This document shows, piece after piece, positions 1 through 10,274 of a stretch of DNA of 64,000 nt; the first letter of the stretch is position 1, and the number at the start of each line of letters is the position of its first letter. The stretch is from Candidatus Spongiisociaceae bacterium (GTDB taxonomy: Bacteria > Actinomycetota > Acidimicrobiia > Spongiisociales > Spongiisociaceae). The position numbers and the translations under genes are program-made. The notes under the pieces were generated by a model. It searched no databases, had not been told where the DNA came from, and was given only the letters and a program-made list of their open reading frames with translations. The DNA is taken from positions 256,001-320,000 of the forward strand of contig OZ241841.1 of the NCBI GenBank assembly GCA_965202665.1. The letters run 5' to 3'.

Positions 1-107
1 GAGGCCACAACGGCCAACGAGACGACCGACAACGTAATCCACGGGAAATGCCGCATCCACCGTTCCCGCACCGCCGAGGCGGGCGGGGAGGGGGCCGGTA
101 CGGTCAT
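1..107 (-). CDS. 5' part of a probable membrane protein, running off the window edge
   Basis: ATG at 107 with GGAGG upstream; reads MTVPAPSPPASAVRERWMRHFPWITLSVVSLAVVA, ending in a hydrophobic stretch. Confidence 0.5.
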   Translation of the reverse strand, partial: MTVPAPSPPASAVRERWMRHFPWITLSVVSLAVVA

Positions 108-210
108 CCATGCCTCCGTTCAAGATGGGGAACTCGGAAAGAAAACATACTACCCCTATGCCCGTAAATCCCTCTCCGCCGGCGCTGGGCGAGGGAGATA
201 CAACCGGCGA

Positions 211-594
211 CTAGGGGACGGCCAAGCGGCGCGCCGCCCGCCGCAACCGAGAGGGTCGGGGAACGCCCGGGAAGAAACCCACCCCCTGTCCGGAGCCGTC
301 CACCAGGGCCGCGGCCGGTATTTCCCCCACCCGCAAGCGGGTCAGCAGTTCGGGGTGTTCCTCCCAGGTGAGTTCGGTGAAGCCGTCCTCCCCCAGCGCA
401 GTCCGGCAAGCCTCCCGGGCCTGATCGCAGGCGTCGCAGGCGGCGGCCGTAAACAGGTAAACCCCCGGGCCGGCCAGGTTGCCCTCCACCCGCAGGGGAG
501 GCGCCGCGGGCCGCCGGCGCATTCGGGCCGCCAAAACCGCCAACCCCGCCGCGGCGGCGACCGCCAGCGCCCGAATCAAAACCCCGTCGTCCAT
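211..594 (-). CDS. Membrane-anchored thioredoxin-like protein
   Basis: N-terminal hydrophobic helix; FTAAACDAC CxxC motif. Confidence 0.65.
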   Translation of the reverse strand: MDDGVLIRALAVAAAAGLAVLAARMRRRPAAPPLRVEGNLAGPGVYLFTAAACDACDQAREACRTALGEDGFTELTWEEHPELLTRLRVGEIPAAALVDGSGQGVGFFPGVPRPSRLRRAARRLAVP

Positions 595-662
595 CGCACC
601 GCCTTCCGACCGGCCTCCTACTAACCCCGCTTTTGACCCCTACTTTACCGGTTGCGCCCGAT

Positions 663-1967
663 CTATCGTATGACCGGGGAGGCTTCTCCCAGCATTATCC
701 GGCCCAGATCGTCCTCCGCCCACCAGGCGACGCTGAAGGTGCCGTCGCCGGTGACCGACAGGCCGGACAGGCCGGAATCGGCCACATCCGCGGTGACTAT
801 GGTGCCCGCCGCCGCGGTTATCGTCTCCGCTCCGCCCGACCCGCCGAGGCCGGCGTTCCGATAGGAAACCGCGATATCGGACACTCCGGTGTTCAGTATC
901 CGCAGTTTGAAGTCGGCGGGGGCGGTCCCCGGACCGGGAACCAACCATTCTTCGGCCACCCAGCGGGCCCCCGCCGCCGCCGCCGGGCCGCCTTTGGCCG
1001 TCAGGGCGGCGCTGAACGGCAGGTCGCCGGTCAGGCGCACCCCGAAGTCGCTTACCTCCACTTCCCCCAGCGGAATTTTCGCCAAGCCCGGCCCCGGTAT
1101 CACGTACTGCCTGCTTTCCAACAACGACCCCGCCGCGTCGAACACCTCCATGTTCACCGTCACTTCGATCAGGGCGTCGTTGGCCAGTACCAGGTCGGCC
1201 TCCATCCCGGCCACCCCGGCGGTGGGGAACTCCCACGACTCGTCGGCGGACATCCCCGGCCACACCGCCCCATCGTCCGGCGTCTCCCACGCCATGACCG
1301 GAATAACCAAACCGGCCGTCTGGTCCACCAGCGCGGCCAGCGACCTGCGTCCCGGGAACAGATCATGCATCTCAAAGCGGCGAATGCGCCGGGCGGGAAC
1401 GGACAGCACTTCCAGATCCCGGTTGGCCTCCGCCCCGAATTCGCTGAAAACCCGCAGGCCGACCCGGGCGTCCTCGGTGAACGGGTTCAGCAAGTACAGG
1501 GTAAGGGACTCCCCTTCTTCGGTGGAGCCGCCGGGAAGGTGCCGCACGCCGGGAAGGGCCTCCGGACACAGATAGCCGGCCAGCAATCGTTCGCCGGCGG
1601 CGACCACCGCCGCCGCGGACGGCGTCCCGCTCATTTCCGCCAAAGCGGGCGTGTTGCCGATCACCCGGGTGTTGGGCAGGGAAATCCCGCCGCCGGCCGC
1701 CACCGAACCGACCGGGCCGGACTCCACCCGGCCGTTGGCCAAGTAGGAAACCCGAAAGGAAGAGGGGACGGCGGAAACCAGTGCGTAGCGGGAACTGTTG
1801 AAGTTGTCCCGCAACGACCACGGACAATTGAAATAACCGGAAGATGCGGCCTCCTCCGCGGCCGGCGGTCCCGCAACCAGGTCCTGGTCGCGGTCCGCCG
1901 GAGCGGGGATCACCGCCGCCACCGCCAGCAAAAATCCCATCGCCAACACGGCCAGCAACCGCCTCAT
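663..1967 (-). CDS. Secreted DUF5719-like protein
   Basis: Signal peptide MRRLLAVLAMG; LYLLNPF motif; ATG overlaps the stop of the upstream GT2 gene, a typical actinobacterial pairing. Confidence 0.65.
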   Translation of the reverse strand: MRRLLAVLAMGFLLAVAAVIPAPADRDQDLVAGPPAAEEAASSGYFNCPWSLRDNFNSSRYALVSAVPSSFRVSYLANGRVESGPVGSVAAGGGISLPNTRVIGNTPALAEMSGTPSAAAVVAAGERLLAGYLCPEALPGVRHLPGGSTEEGESLTLYLLNPFTEDARVGLRVFSEFGAEANRDLEVLSVPARRIRRFEMHDLFPGRRSLAALVDQTAGLVIPVMAWETPDDGAVWPGMSADESWEFPTAGVAGMEADLVLANDALIEVTVNMEVFDAAGSLLESRQYVIPGPGLAKIPLGEVEVSDFGVRLTGDLPFSAALTAKGGPAAAAGARWVAEEWLVPGPGTAPADFKLRILNTGVSDIAVSYRNAGLGGSGGAETITAAAGTIVTADVADSGLSGLSVTGDGTFSVAWWAEDDLGRIMLGEASPVIR

Positions 1968-4747
1968 GCCGGCCCCCTCCCTCCGGGATCCCGCTCCCTT
2001 CGCGTCGCCCGCGGCAACCGGGGCCGCCCGGCCAAGGAGGCCGCCGCCAGCGCCCCGGCGGCGGCCAAGGCCAGGCGGGACTGGGTTTGGAAACGCCGCA
2101 CCGGGCCGAACCCGGCCCGTCCTTCGGCGGCGGACGTCTCCGCCGCCCACCCGTCCTGCGCGCCGTCCGGACCCCACCGCAGATCGGCGTTTTCGGCCAA
2201 CCGCACCCTCCCCTCCCCCGCTTCCCCTTCATAACCGGCGGCGACCGGCTTCCACGGCCGCCCCCGATCGGTCGCCGCCCGGTAGGCCTCCGCCTCGTTT
2301 TCCAGCACCTGATAGGAGAGTCCCGACAAAGGCCGCATGTCCAGTTGCGGGTAGAAGGCGTCCGCCAGGTTGCTTTCGCCGGTGAACACCACCCAGCGAA
2401 TGCCGTATTCGGCCAGCATCCGTCCCGGCCGCTTCTCCCCCCCTTCCGCCAAATATTCCAAAGTGCGCGCCAGCTCGCGGTCCCCCTCCAAAGAATCGGG
2501 CAGCCAAGCCTGCGGATAGGTCGGCTCCCCGTTGAGCAACCGATAGGCGGAGCCGTCCTCCATCCGGCGGTGCTCCCCGGGGAGGGTGCGGGACGGACCG
2601 GCCAGCAACAGGCGGTAGGGGCCGTATTCATCGGAGCGGGCGCTGACGAAAGCGGGCTCCGCGAACCGGTCCTCGCCCAACCCGGCCCGGCCGGCGGGCA
2701 GGGCGGGCAAGGTGAGCAAGGCCACCGCCGCCGCCGCCGCCAAACCCACCCGGCATACGGAACGGCGCAAAGTTCCGGCCGCGGACAAGGCCCCGGGGGC
2801 CTCCAAAGCGCCCGCCGCCGCCAAGGCCAGCCCCAGGGAGGCCAGCAGATGACCGGCCGCGGTCACCTCCCGCCCCGCCCCCAGTTCAACCGACCGGGCC
2901 GCCAAAAAGCCCAACGAACCCAGCAACCCCCCCGTCAGAACCGCCCGGGCCGGCAACCCCCTTCCCATCGCCGCGGTCGCCGCCAGGGCGACCAGGGCGG
3001 GAACGGCCAACCAGGGGGCCGGCGCCAAATGGAACCCGGCCCCGTCCCCCCAAATGGATCTCCAGTCCTGCGCCCCCAGCCACGGATAAAGAACCGGAAT
3101 AGCCGCCAAGCAACCGAACATTCCCCGCGCCAGCGGCCTCCAAGAGCGGATCACCGCCGCCCACAGCAACCCGAATCCGAGCGGAGCCAGCGCCAAAACC
3201 GGCAGGAAACAGGCCGACCAGGCGGAGGCCAAGCCGATCCGCCCAAAGCGGCCCACCCGCCCCAGCCAATGCCCGCTCCGGGGAGCGGCTATTCCCGCCA
3301 ACGCCCAAGGCAGTCCGCCCAAAGCGGCCACCGCCGGCCAGTAACCTTCCCCGGCCAAGGCCAAAACCGGAGCCCCCGCCACGTAAACCGCCCCCGCCGC
3401 CAGGCGGGCGGCCCTCCCCAAACCCAGCCGCCGCACCAGCCGCATGGCCCCGGTCATTCCGAAGGCCGCCGACCCGACGGTGATCAGGGTGGCGGCCAGC
3501 GGCCCCCGCCCCCCCAGAAGGGCCTGAACCAGGGCGGTCGCCCCCACCGAAGGGTGCATGGGCTCCGGGCCGCCCAACCCGCCCTGATGCCATCCCCCCG
3601 CATAGGCCCGCAAGGCGTCCCAGGCCGATTCGGCCAGGGGAAGGACGTAGCCGGTGATCGGCAGGCCGTCGGTGATCAGCGACCGGTTGTAAACCAGCAG
3701 AAAGAGGGCCGCCGTCAAACCCGCCGCCACCGCCGGGCGGCGCCAAAAGGCGGGGGACGCGTCCGACAAGCTCTCCCCGTAGTCCTCGCCGTCCCCGCCG
3801 CCCTCCTCGTCCGCTTCCCCGCCCCCCAGCAGAAAACCCAGGGCAGAACCCAGTTCCCGCAACTGCACCGACCCTTTCACCTGGTAGAGAAAAGTTTCGT
3901 TGTCGCCGGACATGGAAACGGCCCGGGCCCGGGAACGGAGAGTGGATGGAAGGTGGTACAGGTTCCACAACCAAGCCAGAATCCAGTCCAGCGGCCCCCG
4001 CAACGCCCCGTTGAACATCCGGTAAACGCCCATCACCGGACCCAGCAGGAAAAAGGCGGGCAACGTCCACAGCAGGGTGACCAGGGAATAAGTCTTGAGC
4101 ATCACCCGCAACCGCCCGGCCTGCTCCCGCCAAGTGGAAGGGAGATCCTGATCCGATTCGGGGCGCAGCGCCTCCGAACCGGGGGCTATCACCACCCGCC
4201 CCCCCACTAACCGGGAGCGGCGGCACAAATCCAAACCGGCGCTCAAATAAGGAAGTTTTTCATCCAGTCCGCCGATGCCCTCCGCCAGGTCGCGGCGGAT
4301 CAGCAGGGAGGCGGGCTCCACATAGGCCACGTCCCGTATGACGTCGTACTGCCCCTGGTCCACTTCGCCCCGCTCCAAACCGGTGTAGGGATACCCGAAT
4401 ACGTCGGTGGCCCCGCCCACCGACAGGATTTCCTCCGGTTGGCGAAGGTTGCGAATTTTGGATCCAACGATGGAGGCCCCCACCCGTTCCGCGGCGCCCA
4501 CCATCTCCGCCAAAGCACCCGGGCCGGGAAGGGTGGCGTCGTCCAGCAACCAGTAGTAGTCGGCGGGAAACCGCCCGGCCGCGATCAGCCGATTGGCTTC
4601 CGCCGCCCCCGACACCCGCACCACCGCCGTCGGCTCGTAAACTTGGGCTTTGATGGCGGCGAGCACCCGGGCCGGTTCGGTTTCCCGGCCGGCGACAACC
4701 AGGACCACCACCCGCGGCGGGCGGGGGGAATGGGATGATGATGTCAT
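1964..4747 (-). CDS. Family 2 glycosyltransferase with large multi-TM C-terminal region
   Basis: YWLLDD, VGSK, LIRRDL and DLCRR GT2 motifs followed by many hydrophobic helices. Confidence 0.8.
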   Translation of the reverse strand: MTSSSHSPRPPRVVVLVVAGRETEPARVLAAIKAQVYEPTAVVRVSGAAEANRLIAAGRFPADYYWLLDDATLPGPGALAEMVGAAERVGASIVGSKIRNLRQPEEILSVGGATDVFGYPYTGLERGEVDQGQYDVIRDVAYVEPASLLIRRDLAEGIGGLDEKLPYLSAGLDLCRRSRLVGGRVVIAPGSEALRPESDQDLPSTWREQAGRLRVMLKTYSLVTLLWTLPAFFLLGPVMGVYRMFNGALRGPLDWILAWLWNLYHLPSTLRSRARAVSMSGDNETFLYQVKGSVQLRELGSALGFLLGGGEADEEGGGDGEDYGESLSDASPAFWRRPAVAAGLTAALFLLVYNRSLITDGLPITGYVLPLAESAWDALRAYAGGWHQGGLGGPEPMHPSVGATALVQALLGGRGPLAATLITVGSAAFGMTGAMRLVRRLGLGRAARLAAGAVYVAGAPVLALAGEGYWPAVAALGGLPWALAGIAAPRSGHWLGRVGRFGRIGLASAWSACFLPVLALAPLGFGLLWAAVIRSWRPLARGMFGCLAAIPVLYPWLGAQDWRSIWGDGAGFHLAPAPWLAVPALVALAATAAMGRGLPARAVLTGGLLGSLGFLAARSVELGAGREVTAAGHLLASLGLALAAAGALEAPGALSAAGTLRRSVCRVGLAAAAAVALLTLPALPAGRAGLGEDRFAEPAFVSARSDEYGPYRLLLAGPSRTLPGEHRRMEDGSAYRLLNGEPTYPQAWLPDSLEGDRELARTLEYLAEGGEKRPGRMLAEYGIRWVVFTGESNLADAFYPQLDMRPLSGLSYQVLENEAEAYRAATDRGRPWKPVAAGYEGEAGEGRVRLAENADLRWGPDGAQDGWAAETSAAEGRAGFGPVRRFQTQSRLALAAAGALAAASLAGRPRLPRATRRERDPGGRGPA

Positions 4748-4834
4748 GTTCTCCCCATTGTGTAATCCTGTTCGGCCGGTGGCAATCATTTACCGCTCCG
4801 GGGGCGCCCGCCCCGAGGCGGGAAAGGCCGGGCG

Positions 4835-5761
4835 GTGAACGCCCGGGTGGCCCTCCTGTCGGGCGGGGTGGGCGGCGCCCGCCTGGCCCGCGGCTTTGAA
4901 CTTCTTCCCGAGGTGGAAGCCTCCGTGATCGTCAACGTGGGAGACGACGAAACCCGCTACGGCCTGTCGGTGTCCCCCGATTTGGATACGGTTCTTTATA
5001 CGCTAGCCGGTGTCGAGGGAGAGGCCGGTTGGGGGCGGGCGGGCGACACCATGATTTTGATGGAGCGCCTGTCCGAGCTGGGAGTGGACACCGGGTTCCG
5101 GGTGGGGGACGCCGACGCCGCCCTAAACCTGTACCGGACCATGCGCCTGCGCGACGGCCGCCCGTTGCACGAAATCACCGCTTCGCTGGCGGAGCGGATG
5201 GGGGTTCGTTCCCGGTTGCTGCCCGCCACCAACCACCGCCTGGCCACCGAAATCACGACCGACTCCGGGGAGCGGCTTTCCTTCCAAGAATATTTCGTGG
5301 AACGCGGCCACCGGGACCGGGTGGCCGCCCTCCGCTTCCGGGGAGCGGAACGGGCCGGGGCCGCCCCCGGAGTAACGGAGGTCATCAGATCGGCTCAGCT
5401 GGTGGTGATCGGCCCCTCCAACCCGCCCCTGTCCATTTGGCCCATCCTGGCGGTGGAGGACATCGCCCGCTCCTTGGCCGCGGCGGGGAGGGTGGCGGCG
5501 GTCAGCCCGCTGTTCGGGGGCCGGGCGCTGAAAGGGCCCGCCGACCGGGTGATGGCCTCGCTGGGCCTGCCGGAGGGCAACCTGGGGGTGGCCGCCGCCT
5601 ATCGGGATTTTTTGACCGATCTGGTGATCGACGACGGAGACGCTTCCGACGCCCCCGCCTTGGCCGAGGCGGGGGTGCGGGCGCATCCGGCAGACACCCG
5701 CATCGCGCAACCGGAGGCGGCCGCCGCTTTCGCCCGATGGCTGCTGGAAACCCTGCTGTGA
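4835..5761 (+). CDS. cofD: 2-phospho-L-lactate transferase (F420 biosynthesis)
   Basis: LSGGVGGARL, VNVGDD, SPDLDT, FQEYFV, GPSNP and KGPA motifs. Confidence 0.95.
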   Translation: MNARVALLSGGVGGARLARGFELLPEVEASVIVNVGDDETRYGLSVSPDLDTVLYTLAGVEGEAGWGRAGDTMILMERLSELGVDTGFRVGDADAALNLYRTMRLRDGRPLHEITASLAERMGVRSRLLPATNHRLATEITTDSGERLSFQEYFVERGHRDRVAALRFRGAERAGAAPGVTEVIRSAQLVVIGPSNPPLSIWPILAVEDIARSLAAAGRVAAVSPLFGGRALKGPADRVMASLGLPEGNLGVAAAYRDFLTDLVIDDGDASDAPALAEAGVRAHPADTRIAQPEAAAAFARWLLETLL

Positions 5762-6459
5762 CCGTCTCCATCATCCCCGTTCGGCACATCGGCGAGGCGA
5801 AACCGGGCGACGACGCGGCCCTGCTCATCGCCGACGGCTTGCGGCGGTCGGAGGTGGAGCTGCGGGAGGGCGACGTGCTGGCGGTCACCCACAAACTGGT
5901 TTCCAAAGCGGAGGGCAGGCTAGTGGAAACCGGATCCGACCCACAGTCCCGCGCCGCCCTCATCGAACGGGAGGCGGCCGCCGTCCTGCGCCGCCGGGAG
6001 GGCTTGGTCATAACCGAAACCCGCCACGGCTTCGTGTGCGCCAACGCCGGGGTGGATCTCTCCAACACCGCCCCCGGCTGGGCGGCCCTGCTGCCCGTCG
6101 ACCCCGACCGCTCCGCCCGTCGCATTCGCACCCGCCTGGAACGGTCGGCCGGGGTGAAGTTGGGGGTGGTCATCACCGACACCTTCGGACGGGCCTGGCG
6201 GCACGGACTGGTGGATGTGGCGATCGGGGTGGCCGGTTTGGCGGCGGTGGCCGACCATCGGGGGCAAACCGACACTCACGGCAACCTGCTGGAAGTGACC
6301 GAAGTGGCGGTGGCCGACGAAATCGCCGCCGCCGCCGACTTGGTGATGGGCAAAACCCGCAACATCCCGGCGGCGGTGATCAGGGGATTGCAATTTCCGG
6401 CCGGGGAGGGGCGGGCGGCCGATCTGATCCGCCGCCCGGCCGACGACCTGTTCCGCTGA
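5758..6459 (+). CDS. cofE: Coenzyme F420-0:L-glutamate ligase
   Basis: KLVSKAEG, CANAGVD, DPDRSA, DTFGRAWR and C-terminal DLFR; GTG overlaps the cofD stop. Confidence 0.93.
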   Translation: MTVSIIPVRHIGEAKPGDDAALLIADGLRRSEVELREGDVLAVTHKLVSKAEGRLVETGSDPQSRAALIEREAAAVLRRREGLVITETRHGFVCANAGVDLSNTAPGWAALLPVDPDRSARRIRTRLERSAGVKLGVVITDTFGRAWRHGLVDVAIGVAGLAAVADHRGQTDTHGNLLEVTEVAVADEIAAAADLVMGKTRNIPAAVIRGLQFPAGEGRAADLIRRPADDLFR

Positions 6460-6477
6460 CCCGAACCGGTCCCGGCG

Positions 6478-7413
6478 TCACCCGCCTTCGGCGAACCAAT
6501 CCACTGTGTCGGCGATGCCCGCCGCCAGCGGGGTAAACGGCTCCCATCCCAGATCGCGGCGGGCCAGGGAACTGTCCAGGCAGGAACGGGGTATGTCGCC
6601 CGAGCGGGGCGGGCCGTATTCGGCTTTCCCCCCGAAGCGGGCGGCCGCGGCCACCATGTCGTACAACCGGTTGACGCTGGTCTCCACCCCGGTTCCGATG
6701 TTGTAGAAGCCGCTCCCGCCCCGGTGGGCGGCCAGCAACAGCGCCTCCGCCACATCCTCCACGTAGACGTAGTCGCGGGTGTCTTCGCCGGTCCCGAAAA
6801 TGGTGGGCGGGATGCGGTCCAGGCAGGCCCGGGCGAATACGGCGACCACCCCCGCCTCGCCTTGCGGATCCTGGCGGGGCCCGTAAATGTTGGAGGGGCC
6901 GAGGACCGCGTAGTCCAAACCGCGGGTTTCCTTCCACAGCCGCATATATTCCTCCGCCGCCATCTTGGACACCCCGTACGGGGATTCGGGGCGGCGGTTT
7001 TCGGTTTCCGGGGTGGGCAACCAGCTGGTCCGTCCGTAAATGGCCCCGCCGGTGGAGGCGAATACCACCCGCCGCGCCCCGCCTGCGGCGGCCGCCTGCA
7101 GCACGTTCAGGCTGCCCAGGATGTTCACAACGGCGTCGCGTTTGGCGTCGGCCATGGAGGCCGAAACCGAAGTCTGGGCGGCCAGATGGAAAACCACCTC
7201 GGGTCGGAACCGCTCCAAAACCTCGATCAACCCGTCGGAGCATATGTCCATCTGGTGCAACCCCACCTGCCCCCGGCGACGGGCGGAGGCCAGGTTGGAG
7301 GCCCGGCCGGTGGACAGGTCGTCCACCACCAGCACCTCCCATTCCTCGTCCGCCAGCCGGTCCGTCAGATGCGACCCGAGGAAACCCGCCCCCCCGGTCA
7401 CCACCCCCCTCAC
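6478..7413 (-). CDS. NAD-dependent epimerase/dehydratase (UDP-glucose 4-epimerase-like)
   Basis: VTGGAGFLGSH, HLAAQ, STGGAIYG, YGVSK and NIYGPRQ. Confidence 0.9.
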   Translation of the reverse strand: MRGVVTGGAGFLGSHLTDRLADEEWEVLVVDDLSTGRASNLASARRRGQVGLHQMDICSDGLIEVLERFRPEVVFHLAAQTSVSASMADAKRDAVVNILGSLNVLQAAAAGGARRVVFASTGGAIYGRTSWLPTPETENRRPESPYGVSKMAAEEYMRLWKETRGLDYAVLGPSNIYGPRQDPQGEAGVVAVFARACLDRIPPTIFGTGEDTRDYVYVEDVAEALLLAAHRGGSGFYNIGTGVETSVNRLYDMVAAAARFGGKAEYGPPRSGDIPRSCLDSSLARRDLGWEPFTPLAAGIADTVDWFAEGG

Positions 7414-8759
7414 CGCCCCACCCCCGTGTAGGAAAGTCCGGCCCGCTCCGCAGCCTCCGAATCCAACAGGTTGCGGGCGTCCACCACCGCCGACCCGGCC
7501 ATCGCCGCCCTCGCCGAGGTCAGGTCCGCTTCCCGGAACTCCTCCCATTCGGTGGCCACCAACAGCACATCGGCTCCGGCGGCCGCCTGCAACGGGTCCG
7601 GCGCCCGCACCACACCCTCCACTTCCCGGGCCCGCGGGTCGTAGGCCCGCACCTCCGCTCCTTCGTCCGCCAAGGCGGCGGCCAGCCGCACCGCCGGCGA
7701 CTCCCGGACGTCGTCGGTGTCCGCTTTGAAGGCCAAGCCCCACAACCCGACTTTTTTCCCTTCCAGGCAACCTCCGGCCGCCGCCCGCACTTTGGCGACG
7801 ATTCTCTCCGTTTGGCGGCGGTTGACCTCCATTACCTCCTCCAGCAACCGGAACCGGTATCCGGCCCGCCGGGCGGCGGCCGCCAAACCCCGGGTATCTT
7901 TGGGAAAGCAGGAACCTCCGTAGCCGGGACCGGGGGCCAGGTACTGTTCCCCGATGCGGCGATCGGCCCCCATTCCGGCCAGCACATCGTCCACCTCCGC
8001 CCCCGCCGCCTCGCACAGGTTGGCTATGGAGTTGGCGAAGGTGATGCGGGTGGCCAGGTAGGCGTTGGCCGCGTATTTGATCAACTCGGCCGAAGCCGGG
8101 TCGGTGATGATCAACCTGCCCTCCCATCCCCGTTCGGCCAGTCCGCGGTAGGCGCCGGCCACCTGTTGCGCTACCTCCCGGTCATCCGCCCCGACGACGA
8201 TCCGATCCGGCGCGAAAAAATCGGACACCGCCTTCCCTTCCCGCAGAAACTCCGGGTTGCAAGCCACCGCCGCCCGCGACCCAGCGGCCTCCATCGCCCG
8301 TCGCACCCGCTCGGTGGCCCCCAATCCCACGGTGGATTTCAAAACCAGCACCGACCCCGGCCGCATATGGGGACCGAGTTCCGCCGCCGCCCCTTCCACC
8401 AGGCTGACGTCCGCCGCACCCGTTTCGTCGGAGGGGGTGGGCAAGGTTATGAAAACCAGGTCGGCCCCCGCCGCCGCCTCCCGATTGGAAAGGTGAAAAG
8501 TCAAGCGGCCGCCGGACGCCTCCCGCGCCGCCAGTTCCTCCAAACCGGGTTCGTAGAAAGGAACCCTGCCCGCGGCCAAAGAACGCACCCGGTCCGGGTC
8601 GCGCTCCCCCACCCGCACCCTGAGACCCAAGGCGGACAGGCCGGCCGCCTGCACCACCCCCACGTAGCCGGCCCCGATCACCGCTACCTGCGTCACGGGG
8701 GCAACGGGGGCGGACGAACCGGGAATCCCCTCGCCCGCCGCGCCCGGCAAACCGGTCAT
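7410..8759 (-). CDS. ugd: UDP-glucose 6-dehydrogenase
   Basis: GAGYVG, KSTV, NPEFLREG, GYGGSCFPKD and FKADTDDVRES. Confidence 0.92.
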   Translation of the reverse strand: MTGLPGAAGEGIPGSSAPVAPVTQVAVIGAGYVGVVQAAGLSALGLRVRVGERDPDRVRSLAAGRVPFYEPGLEELAAREASGGRLTFHLSNREAAAGADLVFITLPTPSDETGAADVSLVEGAAAELGPHMRPGSVLVLKSTVGLGATERVRRAMEAAGSRAAVACNPEFLREGKAVSDFFAPDRIVVGADDREVAQQVAGAYRGLAERGWEGRLIITDPASAELIKYAANAYLATRITFANSIANLCEAAGAEVDDVLAGMGADRRIGEQYLAPGPGYGGSCFPKDTRGLAAAARRAGYRFRLLEEVMEVNRRQTERIVAKVRAAAGGCLEGKKVGLWGLAFKADTDDVRESPAVRLAAALADEGAEVRAYDPRAREVEGVVRAPDPLQAAAGADVLLVATEWEEFREADLTSARAAMAGSAVVDARNLLDSEAAERAGLSYTGVGR

Positions 8760-10174
8760 CCCCCGCCCAAGGCGTCCGCCCCCACCACCACCACCGCATC
8801 CAACCCTTCGCGCACCGAACCCGCCTCCACCACCCCGAACCCCAAGGCGGCCGCCACCCGCTCGCCCAGCACCATGTCCTCCGGCCGTACCCGCACCACC
8901 GTTTGCGCGAATCCAAAATCGGCCGCGTCCCCCACCCCCGCCAACCGGAACCCGCGCTCTTCCAGGTATTCGCCCCACGTCCCGGCTTGGCCGCCGCCGC
9001 CGTTTCCGTTCAATACCCGCACCGCGATCGGCTCCGGGGAACCATTATCGGGAGGTTGCTCGGCGGGAACCCCCCGAAAGGCGGCTATCACCCGTTCCGC
9101 CTCCGGCTCGGAGCGCTTCAGGTAGAACACCCCGTTGGAGGTGAAAGCGCTCACCGGCAGGGTGTGAACCTCCACATCGTCCGCATCCAAACGGCGGGCG
9201 GCGTCGGCCAACTCCAGAATCCGATCCCGGCTCAGGGAGGCGTCCAAGGTGAGATGCTGTCCGGCGGCCCGCACCACGTCCAGCGCGTCGAAGATTATGG
9301 TGGGGCGGCGCAGAGCGGCCAGCATGGCGAACATCAAAGTCTGCTGGCGGCGGATGCGGCCCAGGTCGGAGCCGTCCACGGTCACCCAAGCGCCCCCCCG
9401 CAGTTCCTGGTAGTTGCGGGAACGGGCGTAGGCCAAGGCTTGACGGCCGTCCAACTCTTCGGTTCCGGCGGGAACGTCCAAGAAAGATTTGGTGTCGCGG
9501 GCCCGGTAGGGGAAGGATATGGCCACGCCCCCCAGCTCGTCCACTATGGAAGCGAACCCGTAGAAGTCCACTTCCAAATAGTGGTTGACGGGGATGTCGA
9601 ACGCGTTGGAAACGGTGCTGACCATCAAAGGCGAACCGCCGAAGGCGAAAGCGGCGTTCACCTTGTTCGTACCGTGGCCTTCGATTTCCACCTGCAGGTC
9701 GCGGGGAATGCTGAGCAGGCGCAACCGGTCGCCTTCCAGCGTAACCAGCATTATCACATCCGCCCGCTGTCCGGGCACCCGGTCGTTGACCAAGCCCTCC
9801 GGGAGGTCCTCCCGCGAGTCGCTGCCGATCACCAAAAAGGTGACGGGCGGAACGGGCGCAACGGGCGACTGCCCGCCCACCGCCGCCTCGGCCGCGCCGC
9901 CTCCGCCGCCCCCGATGAGCGGCTGCGCCGGGTCCACCGGTTGCAACGCCCCCACCACCTCCTCGTCGATGGTGGACTCCTCCAACAGGGCGCTCACCAA
10001 TCGGCCTCCGAACATTTCCACGATGCGGGGAAACATGTAGAAGCCGGCCGCGGTCAGGGCCGCCAAAATCGCCAACCCCACCGCGGCGCGCAAACCCCAT
10101 CGGCGGCGGGGACGCTCCCGTCCGGGCGACGGGGCGGAGGCGGGCGGGGGGGAAGGCGGAACGTCCTGAATCAT
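8756..10174 (-). CDS. LCP (LytR-CpsA-Psr) family protein with LytR_C domain
   Basis: GSDSR, RADVIM, SIPRD, KVNAAFAFGG, DLGRIRRQQ and C-terminal VRVLNG; start approximate. Confidence 0.88.
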   Translation of the reverse strand: MIQDVPPSPPPASAPSPGRERPRRRWGLRAAVGLAILAALTAAGFYMFPRIVEMFGGRLVSALLEESTIDEEVVGALQPVDPAQPLIGGGGGGAAEAAVGGQSPVAPVPPVTFLVIGSDSREDLPEGLVNDRVPGQRADVIMLVTLEGDRLRLLSIPRDLQVEIEGHGTNKVNAAFAFGGSPLMVSTVSNAFDIPVNHYLEVDFYGFASIVDELGGVAISFPYRARDTKSFLDVPAGTEELDGRQALAYARSRNYQELRGGAWVTVDGSDLGRIRRQQTLMFAMLAALRRPTIIFDALDVVRAAGQHLTLDASLSRDRILELADAARRLDADDVEVHTLPVSAFTSNGVFYLKRSEPEAERVIAAFRGVPAEQPPDNGSPEPIAVRVLNGNGGGGQAGTWGEYLEERGFRLAGVGDAADFGFAQTVVRVRPEDMVLGERVAAALGFGVVEAGSVREGLDAVVVVGADALGGG

Positions 10175-10274
10175 TATGTAACCGGCCAATGATACCCAAA
10201 CCGCCCCGGCGACCGATGACCTTCGGCACCGGGCGGCGGCGGACTAACCGCCCCTTGCTGATACTGAAAGGACA

